Under the pieces are notes generated by a model. That model searched no databases and was not told the origin of the DNA. It saw only the letters and a list, made by a program, of their open reading frames with translations. Positions 7,759-15,866 of a stretch of 21,098 nt of DNA are shown here, in pieces. Every line of letters begins with the position of its first letter. Position 1 is the stretch's first letter. The position numbers and the translations under genes are program-made. The stretch is taken from NCBI GenBank assembly GCA_031367385.1, contig JANLPS010000242.1:1-21098 (forward strand), read 5' to 3'. The stretch comes from Archangium sp. GTDB lineage: Bacteria > Myxococcota > Myxococcia > Myxococcales > Myxococcaceae.

Positions 7759-9045
7759 TCAAGCGAACGCGTGCTTCAGCGCCTCGTCGAGCGACGAGAC
7801 GGGAATCGTTTCGATGGTGCGGGTGACGAACGCTGGCAGCGCCTTCACCTCAGCTGAATTGCCGCGCGGGTAGAGCACGCGGCGAAGCCCGGCCAACGCG
7901 GCCGCTGTGAATTTTTCGGCGAGCCCCTCGACACGCTGCACTTCACCCAGGGTCGTGATGGCGCCGGTGGCTCCCAAGCGAGGCGCCAGGGGTTTTCGGC
8001 GGTAGGCCGAGAGCCCAGCCAAAGTCAGCGCCAGGCCCGATGACATGCCCTCTTTGCCCATCTCGATGTCGGTGAAGTGCAAGTGCAGGTCGTACGCGGT
8101 GATCAACCCTTCGATGCCCAGTGGCGCGGCGAGGGCCTTGAGGCAAGTGAACGCGACCAGCCCCGCGTCTTTGCCGGTCTGACCGACGTTGCCGGTGAAG
8201 TGCAAAAGGCCTCGGCCTGGCACCGCGACCGCCTCCATTGGAGAAACCGCCCCGCCGACCGGCGACCACCCCAACACGCCGATGCGGCCGGGCACGCTGA
8301 AGGTGATTCGCTTGGCGAGGCGGCCCTCGACGTAGGGCCTGGCGTCTTTCGAGCGGCCTTTTGCGAACGCGGCCTCGGCGCCAGCGGAGTCTCCGGCGGC
8401 GCGCTTGAGCTCTCCGCGCAGGTAGTCGGCGAAGGCGTGCTCTTTTTCGCGGGGCGACGCGGTGGCGAGCGCGCGTTTGAGGCCGCCGGGGTCTCCGGCG
8501 ACCAGCGCCTCGACGGCGTCGGCGAGGGCTCCCGCCGGGGCCTCAGAGAGGAGGTCAACGGAGTCGTCTTCTCCGAGCTGGGTGAGCAGCGCGTCGCGGG
8601 CCTGGGTGACGAAGGCCTGGCCTTGCGAGATTCGAAGCGCATGACCGAAGGCGAGGCGGGCGCGATCGGTGAGGTTCTTGGCGCGGCACCACCCGGCGAT
8701 TTCGACCCACAGCGCGGCGTCGGTCTGGGCTTCGCGGGCGGCGATTTCGCCGTAAATGATCGCGTCATCGAGGCGGTGCGCGCGCTCGGCACGCTTGGCG
8801 CGCTCGAGAAAGGTGAGTGGCAGGGAGTCGCCCTGGCTCGGGTCGCGGCCGGTCGCTTCGTGCACGCGGGCCAGCAGGCGCTGGGCATTGGCGTGCGTCG
8901 GGTGCAGCTCGAGCGCGCGCCGGAGTTGCTTTTCGGCGGCGGGCAAATCGTCAGCGGCGAAGAGGGCCTCGGCGAGCACGAAGCGTGCCTCGGCGTCGTC
9001 GGGGGCTTCGATGACCGCGCGTTTGAGGGCCTGAAGGGTCATCAC
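7759..9045 (-). CDS. TPR-repeat protein with a C-terminal Lon-type (peptidase S16) protease domain and no AAA+ module
   Basis: N-terminal TPRs (APDDAEARFVLAEAL...RALELHPTHANA). C-terminal G.G.LHFTGNVG, DLHLHF, KEGMSSG (cf. Lon KDGPSAG), ATGAI...GEV..V.GL.EK with Lys exactly 43 residues after the Ser, P..N. No Walker A/B motifs seen. Start is GTG 9045 or ATG 9042. Confidence 0.9.
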   Translation of the reverse strand: MMTLQALKRAVIEAPDDAEARFVLAEALFAADDLPAAEKQLRRALELHPTHANAQRLLARVHEATGRDPSQGDSLPLTFLERAKRAERAHRLDDAIIYGEIAAREAQTDAALWVEIAGWCRAKNLTDRARLAFGHALRISQGQAFVTQARDALLTQLGEDDSVDLLSEAPAGALADAVEALVAGDPGGLKRALATASPREKEHAFADYLRGELKRAAGDSAGAEAAFAKGRSKDARPYVEGRLAKRITFSVPGRIGVLGWSPVGGAVSPMEAVAVPGRGLLHFTGNVGQTGKDAGLVAFTCLKALAAPLGIEGLITAYDLHLHFTDIEMGKEGMSSGLALTLAGLSAYRRKPLAPRLGATGAITTLGEVQRVEGLAEKFTAAALAGLRRVLYPRGNSAEVKALPAFVTRTIETIPVSSLDEALKHAFA

Positions 9046-9067
9046 ATGGGGCTTGGGCTGCTCGGGG

Positions 9068-9191
9068 CGTGGTTCGACAAGCTCACCATGAGATCTCGGC
9101 CGGCACCATGATGAACTCTCAGTTCACGCGAGCACAGGAACCTCAGTTCAGGGCGAGCCCTCCACTCTCATGGTGAGCCTGTCGAACCACG
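9068..9191. repeat. REP-like inverted repeat pair (TTCGACAAGCTCA / TGAGCCTGTCGAA type)
   Basis: 26-bp arms cgtggttcgacaagctcaccatgaga (9068-9093) and tctcatggtgagcctgtcgaaccacg (9166-9191), 25/26 complementary. The 72-bp spacer contains TGAACT-ctc-AGTTCA and an imperfect second copy of it. Confidence 0.85.
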
Positions 9192-9204
9192 AACCGCGAA
9201 CCAG

Positions 9205-10926
9205 CTACACGTCGGCGTCGAACAAGACGTCAGTCAGGTCGGTCTCGGCTTTGGTGACCTGTGCCTTGTCACCCACTGCCCGCGCTCGTTTCACCGCATC
9301 GACCCCGGCCGCCAGCTTCGACTTCACCTCCTGCGCCACCGCCGCCGAATCGAGCTTGGCCTGCGCGGTCGTTAGCAACTTGTCCTGCACCGGTGCGGCC
9401 TCCGGCCACTCTCGGTCGATGCGCGCCTTGGCCTCATCGCGCTCCAGCGGAGACATTCTTTGCGCCCGCTTGTCGACCAGCAGCGCCGCCTCTTTGCCGG
9501 TCGAATTGACCCGCGTCTTCACGTTGAGAATGCCGTTGATGTCGTAGGTGAAGCTGATGTCGATGCTCTCTTGCCCGGCGGTCTTCGCAGGCAGCCCCTC
9601 GACGGTGTACGCGTCGAGGAGCACGTTGTTGCGAACGAAGCGGTCTTCGCCTTGAAAGATTCGCACCTCGACGCTCTTCTGATTGTCGCTGGTGGTGAAG
9701 TAGGTCTCGGTACGTGAGACCGGTACCTTGCAATTGCGGGGGATGATTGGCGAGAACAGCCCCGACACCATCTGGTCGCGCGCCCGCCCCATCACCTCGA
9801 CGCCCAGCGTGAACGGAGCGACGTCGGCGATCATGATGCCCTGGTTTGCCTTGATCGCACCTGACTTGAGCGCCCCTTGAATCGCCGCGCCCAGCGCAAT
9901 GGCCTCGTCGGGGTGCACTCCCGCGCGGGGGGCCTTGCCGAAGAACTCCGTCAACAGCCGCTGCACCATGGGTATGCGCGAGCTGCCTCCGACCAGAACG
10001 ATCTCGGCCACCTGGGTCTTGTCGAGCTTGGCGTCTTTGAGCGCGGTCTCGACCGGCACCATCGTCGAGCGCAGCAAGGCGCCCACCAACGACTCGAATT
10101 TTTCGCGGGTAATCTCGACCTCGAGCGAGACCGGCTCACCGTCTTTGATCGCCACGAAGGGCACGTTGACGACCGTCGATGGCAGCGTCGAGAGCTCGAT
10201 CTTCGCCGCCTCTGCCGCGGCTTTGAGCCGGGCCCGGGCCTTGGGGTCTTTCTTCAGGTCGATGCCGTGCTGCGCCAGGGCGACCGTCGCGAGGGAGTCG
10301 ACCAGCGCCGCGTCGAAGTCTGCGCCGCCGAGGTGGTTGTTGCCTGCCGAGGCCTTCACGTCGAGCACGCCCTCGAACAGCTCGAGCACGCTGACGTCGA
10401 AGGTGCCGCCGCCCAGGTCGTAGACCAAGACGAACTGCTCTTTGTCGAGGTGCTCGATGCCGTAGGCCAACGCCGCGGCGGTGGGCTCGTTGAGAATGCG
10501 CTCGACCTTGAGGCCCGCGAGGGCTCCGGCGTCTTTGGTGGCCTGGCGTTGGGTGTCGGTGAAGTACGCAGGCACGGTGACGACGGCCTCGAGCACTGGC
10601 TCGCCCAGCGCGCGCTCGGCGTCGTCTTTGAGGGCCTTGAGAATGAAGCCTGAGATCTCCTGCGGTGAATACGTGCGGTCGCCCAGCGTCACCCGTTCGC
10701 CGCTGCCCATCACCCGCTTCACCTCGGCGATGGTGCGCTCAGGCGCCGTGGTGAGCTGATTTCGCGCGGTTTCTCCGACGTGAATCTGGCCGTTCTTGTC
10801 GAGCCCCACCACCGACGGAGTCAGGCGTTTACCGAGCCGGTTGGCGATGATCTCAGGCCGGTCGCCCTTCATCACCGCGACCAGCGAGTGCGTCGTGCCG
10901 AGATCGATGCCGATGATGGGAGCCAT
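9205..10926 (-). CDS. hscC: Hsp70 family chaperone, HscC (Hsc62)-like, 573 aa
   Basis: ATG 10926 with GGAGG RBS. Motifs [45 protein letters not shown]. The substrate-binding region [33 protein letters not shown] resembles E. coli HscC more than DnaK as I recall those sequences. Hsp70 family is secure; the subfamily call is less so. Confidence 0.88.
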   Translation of the reverse strand: MAPIIGIDLGTTHSLVAVMKGDRPEIIANRLGKRLTPSVVGLDKNGQIHVGETARNQLTTAPERTIAEVKRVMGSGERVTLGDRTYSPQEISGFILKALKDDAERALGEPVLEAVVTVPAYFTDTQRQATKDAGALAGLKVERILNEPTAAALAYGIEHLDKEQFVLVYDLGGGTFDVSVLELFEGVLDVKASAGNNHLGGADFDAALVDSLATVALAQHGIDLKKDPKARARLKAAAEAAKIELSTLPSTVVNVPFVAIKDGEPVSLEVEITREKFESLVGALLRSTMVPVETALKDAKLDKTQVAEIVLVGGSSRIPMVQRLLTEFFGKAPRAGVHPDEAIALGAAIQGALKSGAIKANQGIMIADVAPFTLGVEVMGRARDQMVSGLFSPIIPRNCKVPVSRTETYFTTSDNQKSVEVRIFQGEDRFVRNNVLLDAYTVEGLPAKTAGQESIDISFTYDINGILNVKTRVNSTGKEAALLVDKRAQRMSPLERDEAKARIDREWPEAAPVQDKLLTTAQAKLDSAAVAQEVKSKLAAGVDAVKRARAVGDKAQVTKAETDLTDVLFDADV

Positions 10927-10975
10927 TCGGGCCTCCGTTCTAGCACTGAGGAGCGCTGGCACCCTGAGAATGCCG

Positions 10976-11371
10976 CTAGTTTGCGCACTCCGGGAAGCCC
11001 GCGTCACCTGCGGGCACGTCGAAGATGAAACCCGAACCGCGCATTTCGTTCACGAAGTAGGTGCCGGCAGAGAGCGGCGCAACGCCACACGTCACGTCAG
11101 GTGGCGCGGCTTCGTCACCGATGAAGTACGTCACGTCAACTCCGGTCACCGTCACGACGAGACGTCGCCCAGCGAGTGAAGTCGCGCAGCCGGCATCGAG
11201 CTCGGCTCCGGGAGACGCTCGAACGACGAAGGCTTCACCCAACTCGGGCCGGCCTGAATCGGGCAGCAGGCAGACCTTTTGCGCTTCAAAGGAGATGGGC
11301 GTTCGGCTGCATTCACAGCCGCTCGAAGTGAGCGCGATGGCCAAGGCCGTCACGAGTGTCGATCGCATCAT
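10976..11371 (-). CDS. Small hypothetical lipoprotein (~131 aa)
   Basis: ATG 11371/11368: MMRSTLVTALAIALTSSGC (lipobox-like). Several Cys residues and a C-terminal PAGDAG motif; fills the gap between neighbours on the same strand. Confidence 0.7.
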   Translation of the reverse strand: MMRSTLVTALAIALTSSGCECSRTPISFEAQKVCLLPDSGRPELGEAFVVRASPGAELDAGCATSLAGRRLVVTVTGVDVTYFIGDEAAPPDVTCGVAPLSAGTYFVNEMRGSGFIFDVPAGDAGFPECAN

Positions 11372-11479
11372 CGCCGCGGCAGCAAGTTCCAAGCCAGGTT
11401 TCCGCTCCAGTGAGATGAGCGGTGGTGCCCGCGTCGCTTCGCGACACCGCTGTCTCGGGCTCCTGGCACCACCCGCGAC

Positions 11480-13741
11480 TTATTGGCTTTCTCGCCGAGC
11501 CTTTTTCGCTTCTTCGTACAGCGCCTTGGCTACGCCTTCGGTCATGGTCGAACCGACCTTGTCGAATTGTTCTTTCGGCAACCGAAGCAGATGCCCAAAA
11601 GCAACTTCGACGTCGCCGGGTGCGACGCCCGCCCGCTTTGCCAACTCGGTCATCTGCGCGCTGACCGACGGTGAAGCGGTGTTGGTTGCGGTTGCGCGTG
11701 GCGCTGCGCCAGACCACGAGGCGACATCGGCCTTGCGTCGAATGGTCTCGATGCTGCCCGCGATTTCGGCCGCGCCTTTCTGGGTGGTGTTGAGGTCGTC
11801 GAAAAACTTGGTGAATTTCGGGCCATACAGCCGAGCGATCTGGTCGCGAAGGCCTTTGGTTTGCTCTGGGGTTTTGGCAGCCGCGTCGAGGGCCTCGGCA
11901 AAGACCCCACCCAGAGAGAAGACCTGGTCGCGCTCGACGGCGGTGAACAGCTCGCCCAAGCGCTGATCACTCTTGAGCGCGAAGGCTTGCTGGGTAGCGA
12001 TGGCCTCGGCCGCGAGTTTTTTGAGGGCGGTCGCGTCAGGCGCGCGACCGTGGGCTCGAGCCTTCGCGTATTCGGCGTCGACCCTTTTATCGAGCGCTCG
12101 CAGAACCTTGGTTTGCTCGCCATCGATGCGTTGAAACTCTGGCAACGACCTCGAGAACTTCGCCAGCAGAGGTTCGCAGGCCTTGAGAATCAGCGGTTCG
12201 GCATCCCAGACCGTCGCGAGTCGGTCTGCGGCCTCGCGCATTTGGGGGTCGTTCGAGGCCAGCGACATCGGAAACGCGGTCAACCCCGCCATGGCCACGC
12301 CCTTGGCGAAGCGGGTGTCGCCAGCCTTCACGGCTGCGTTGACGGCGTCGACGAGCGCGAGAAGCCCCTTCTTGTCGGCGCTTTTCAGAATGGCATCTTG
12401 GCGAAGCTGAATCGTTGCGCTTGGCAGGCCGGCCGCCGCGACCGCCTCGCTCAAGGCGTCGAGTGACGGCTTGCCCCTCAGCATGCCGATCTGCCTGGCC
12501 AGAATCGGTTTCACCGAGTCGTAGAGCTTGGCCTTCGCCGGGTCGCTCGGTCGGGCCCCGATCGTGAGCTCGAGGCCAGCCGCGACGCGTTCTTCGCCGG
12601 TCGCGTTGGTGCCCGTGAAGTGTTGGTTGGCGCTTTGAATGCGGGCAAGGGTCGGTGCAAAGCCTTTGGCTTCGGCCGCCGTAGCCAAACCCAGCCCTGG
12701 AAAGAGGACTTTCTGGTACGCCACCAGGTTCAGCTCGAGGTCAATCAGACCGGCGTTTCGGGCCTTCTCGACGAACCCAGCAAACTTTTCGAGGTGGCGT
12801 TGGTTGACAGCATACGAAGCAGGCTTTTGCAGACTCAGGTCTCCCTGCGCATACGCTTCGGCAAACTGCTTTCGATTCGCCGCGACGAGCTCTTGCACGA
12901 GGGTCGCACCCTCAGAATACATCGCTTTGACCTCCGCGCTGGCGCCCGTGGGTGGCTGGGCAAACTGCGCGCTCGAAGCGTCGGCGATCGCCGACGAATC
13001 GGCAGGCAAGAACTGGGTGGAAATTGCTTGCGAGAGCAACGACACGGCGAGCACATCTTCTTCGATGAGCGCATTCTGCCGGGCTGTGTTTTTTTCGCCC
13101 GTCGCTTCAGGGGTCGCGACCTGCCGCAGAAACGCTGCGATCGCCGACGCCATTCGGGAGCTCCCGCCGGCCTTGGCCTTTTCAGCGAGCGTCAACAACG
13201 CGCTGATCTCATCGGCCGTCGCCGGAGCAAATTGTGCTCTGAAGTCAGAGGTCGCGCGCTTGCCCACCTCGCGCAGCGTGAGGTCTTTGGCGAACGTTTC
13301 GCAGCGCATTGACAAGTCGGCGAGCTTGGCGGGGTTGAAACTGCGCGCCGAAATCTTTTGCATCAAACCCAGCGAATCATCGAAGAGCTTCGCCTGTGGA
13401 GGCGAACTTGGCCGCTCGCCGAGCAGGTACCGGGCGTGAGTCTGGGAGATGTTCGTCGCGGCGGCCGGGCCCGCCGCCGCGAGCGCCTGGCGAAGCGACT
13501 GGAGCTGCTGATAGGGCGCCTCGAGTGCCTGCAAAACCGCTAGAGCTTCAGCCCGTTCTGGGTCCCTTGCGACGGGCCCGGCTTTCCAACCTCCCTCGGG
13601 CTTGCTCGTTTTCGAGACGTCGCCGGGGCCTTGACCCGGCAACACGTGCAAGGTCAGGGAGTCAGGGGGCTTGCCCAGACCAGCGTTCTGCAGCTGAAGT
13701 GGGAGCAGATTCGCACTCTGGGAGACTGGTCCGAGGGCCAT
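11480..13741 (-). CDS. Hypothetical Ala/Lys-rich, probably alpha-helical protein, 753 aa
   Basis: Long uninterrupted ORF with protein-like composition; no signal peptide or recognisable motif; Pro/Gly/Ser-rich first ~60 aa. Confidence 0.82.
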   Translation of the reverse strand: MALGPVSQSANLLPLQLQNAGLGKPPDSLTLHVLPGQGPGDVSKTSKPEGGWKAGPVARDPERAEALAVLQALEAPYQQLQSLRQALAAAGPAAATNISQTHARYLLGERPSSPPQAKLFDDSLGLMQKISARSFNPAKLADLSMRCETFAKDLTLREVGKRATSDFRAQFAPATADEISALLTLAEKAKAGGSSRMASAIAAFLRQVATPEATGEKNTARQNALIEEDVLAVSLLSQAISTQFLPADSSAIADASSAQFAQPPTGASAEVKAMYSEGATLVQELVAANRKQFAEAYAQGDLSLQKPASYAVNQRHLEKFAGFVEKARNAGLIDLELNLVAYQKVLFPGLGLATAAEAKGFAPTLARIQSANQHFTGTNATGEERVAAGLELTIGARPSDPAKAKLYDSVKPILARQIGMLRGKPSLDALSEAVAAAGLPSATIQLRQDAILKSADKKGLLALVDAVNAAVKAGDTRFAKGVAMAGLTAFPMSLASNDPQMREAADRLATVWDAEPLILKACEPLLAKFSRSLPEFQRIDGEQTKVLRALDKRVDAEYAKARAHGRAPDATALKKLAAEAIATQQAFALKSDQRLGELFTAVERDQVFSLGGVFAEALDAAAKTPEQTKGLRDQIARLYGPKFTKFFDDLNTTQKGAAEIAGSIETIRRKADVASWSGAAPRATATNTASPSVSAQMTELAKRAGVAPGDVEVAFGHLLRLPKEQFDKVGSTMTEGVAKALYEEAKKARRESQ

Positions 13742-13950
13742 CAGGGGCTTCTAGCGGCCTGCACGGCAGGGTGTCGATGCCCTCACAGACGAAGACGCGT
13801 ATCCATCTGCCAGAGAGGCCTCCGACCTCTAGATTCGCTGAAAAATCATGCGCTTGCATAAATCGAACACAATCGCGCGAAGTCGTGAATCGCCCCTTCA
13901 TCAGCCGCTCGATGCTCAACGGTTGGAGCCTCCGAGAAACCCGGGGCGAT

Positions 13951-14958
13951 TCAATTCGAAACAGCCGTCGGGCGCGTGAACTGGAGGTCGAATTGCACCG
14001 GGTGTGTCGCGTCCCCCAATGCGGACAGAGTGCATCCATTGCGCGCCAGGAGCGCGAGAGCGATAGGCAATTTCAGGTTGAGACGCATCGACTTGCGTTC
14101 CCCCACCTCCACACGCGGGTTGAAGAGAGACTCCCGCTCACCAGGAGCAAGGAACCGGGCCATGGCGGTCAGAGTGAGCAGCGGCAGTTCGACACCCTTC
14201 CCGAACGCGACCAGAACTGTCGAGTTTGCCTCGGTCCCGAGATAATCCAGCAGGCAAACGAGTGCTTCTTCGAGATCACCGGGTGAAGCGCGAACGGTGA
14301 AAGGCGCTTGGCACGCCTGGGTTCTCCACCTCGGAAGGGCCGCTCAACCCGGAAAGTTGGCCGAAGCCCCGCATGAGTGCGCAAATGCGGTTCACCCCCC
14401 CGACGACTTCATCGAGCATCGTGCGCAAATCGACGAGGTCCTGACCGGTCGGGAGTTCTGTCCCATTCAGGTTTGCCCGAATCAGGCTCAGGTTTGGGAC
14501 GATGAACGCGAGTGGATTGTTGACTTCGTGGGCCACAACAGCAGCCAGATCGCTGGCCAGCTTGACCTTTTCCAGGTCTCGCAGTGTGGCTTCGAGTGCG
14601 AGCCGGTGGGTGATGTCCCGGACGATCATCGAGGATCGTGGTCCTTCGTGTGTCTGAAAAATGGCGCTCGACAGTTCCCCTACGAATCGTCCGCCTTCCT
14701 TGCGCTTGAAGGTCAGTTCGGCGTGAATTCGCCCATGCTTGCGTCCTTCTTCAATCGCCGGACCCAATCTGGGATCGGAGGAGTCCACGATCAGTTCTCG
14801 ACCACCCGCACAAATCTCGTTGACGGACCAGCCGAACATCTGCTCCGCGGCAGGTTTGCGTTGATGATGGAACCGTTGGGAATGGTCAGCAAGATCGCGT
14901 CCATGCTGTTCATGAAGATCGAATCGAAGAACAGTGTGTTCGCATCTGACGACTTCAT
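13951..14958 (-). pseudogene. Frameshifted PAS - HisKA - degenerate HATPase sensor kinase-like gene
   Basis: ATG 14958 MKSSDANTLFFDSIFMNSMDAILLTIPNGSIINAN. One missing C at ~14853 would restore NPAAEQMFGWS. Then IVRDITHR and H-box AHEVNNPL. A second shift between 14343 and 14278 leads to APFTVRASPGDLEEALVCLLDYL...LFNP...LNLKLPIALALLARNGCTL...FDLQF, stop at 13951. Confidence 0.78.
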
Positions 14959-15016
14959 ATGAACAAGAGTAGCCGATCCGGCTGACCGGTTGTGCCGGCG
15001 GGTCAGACCAGCGCGG

Positions 15017-15640
15017 TCAGGCAGGCTTCGAAGCCCGCGCTCGCTCGTGCAGAATTCGCCGAACGTCGTCGACGCTGATCTGCTCGGCCGCCAGCACCAC
15101 CAGCGCGCGGTACAGCACATCGGCCCCCTCCTCTGCCGCGCGGGCGTGGTCTTCATCAGCCAGCGCCACCACCAGTTCAGCCATCTCTTAGGCCCCTTGG
15201 TGAAGTCGACGCTGTCGAGTGAGAACGCACTGGGCTCGGGGGCTCTGTGCGTCAAGCTGAAGAGGCTCGCGCGTACGGTGGTCGCGAGCGCTGCGTTGGT
15301 GGCGACGGCGCTCTTGCCGAAGGCGGTTCGAGCGCCGTCGAACGAGGTGAACACGCCGCCGGCCTCTTCGATGATGGGCTGCAGGCAGCGGAGTCCCAAT
15401 CCGAGAGGAGGGGGGGCGACCATCGCCTCGGCACGCCCGGTCGCCACGAGCACGTACCCGTAACAATCGCCCCAGGTGCGGCTGACCGGTGCGGCTTCGA
15501 GCAGCCTTCGCAGCGGCTTCGCGTTCACCCCGGCATCGGTGGTCAGCACCGTCGCGCCCGTGAGCGACGACACGGTCGAGACGTGCACCCACTTGCCGTT
15601 AGGCATGGCAGGTAGATGGCGCCAGCGATCACCTCCGGCG
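15017..15640 (-). pseudogene. hisN: Decayed histidinol-phosphatase (IMPase family, hisN-like) and hisIE remnant
   Basis: Fragments in several frames: EVIAGAIYLP; NGKWVHVS...RTWGDCYGYVLVATGRAEAMV; LSDWDSAA (other frame); LQPIIEEAGG..TSFDG; then LDSVDFTKG (HisI start) joined directly to EMAELVVALADEDHARAAEEGADVLYRALVVL...VDDVRRILHER (HisE C-terminus), TGA at 15017-15019. The N-terminal DPIDGT region is absent. Confidence 0.85.
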
Positions 15641-15683
15641 AGTTGCGCCAGCGCGAAAGGGTGAAGTTACAGCTCACGTTACA

Positions 15684-15711
15684 AAACGTGAAACTGTCAG
15701 TTTCAACGTTT
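15684..15711. promoter_or_regulatory. AT-rich operator-like palindrome
   Basis: TGAAACTG-t-CAGTTTCA (15689-15705) is a perfect 8-1-8 palindrome, extended by AAACG/CGTTT with a 1-nt bulge. Confidence 0.5.
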
Positions 15712-15866
15712 ACAAACTGACCCTCCTGTCACTTGGTGCCGCACAACCGGTCGGCCGGCACGCAGGCCGGGGCTCCCCCCGTGGTACCAAGAGACTCGCG
15801 GGTACGTGAAGCAGGTCGTGTAGGCGTATTGCCAGCTGTACGGCGTGCCGTGACCACCGCTGGCGT

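Noticed and set aside
6085..9111. Long plus-strand ORFs (6085..7245, 8077..9111; also 9877..10653, 14297..14962, 16464..17588, 19608..20363)
   Set aside because: They lie antisense to better-supported minus-strand genes, have no motifs of their own, and are expected in high-GC DNA.
9068..9191. CRISPR array or IS element
   Set aside because: The repeats are inverted, only two copies are present, and there is no spacer series, cas gene or transposase.
9205..10926. Calling the Hsp70 the housekeeping dnaK
   Set aside because: It is shorter, has an HscC-like substrate-binding region, and has no grpE/dnaJ/hrcA context.
14791..15606. 271 aa ORF as a real IMPase-PAS fusion protein
   Set aside because: Chance read-through: it joins a hisN fragment, an out-of-frame hisE segment and the first 35 codons of the frameshifted PAS gene.
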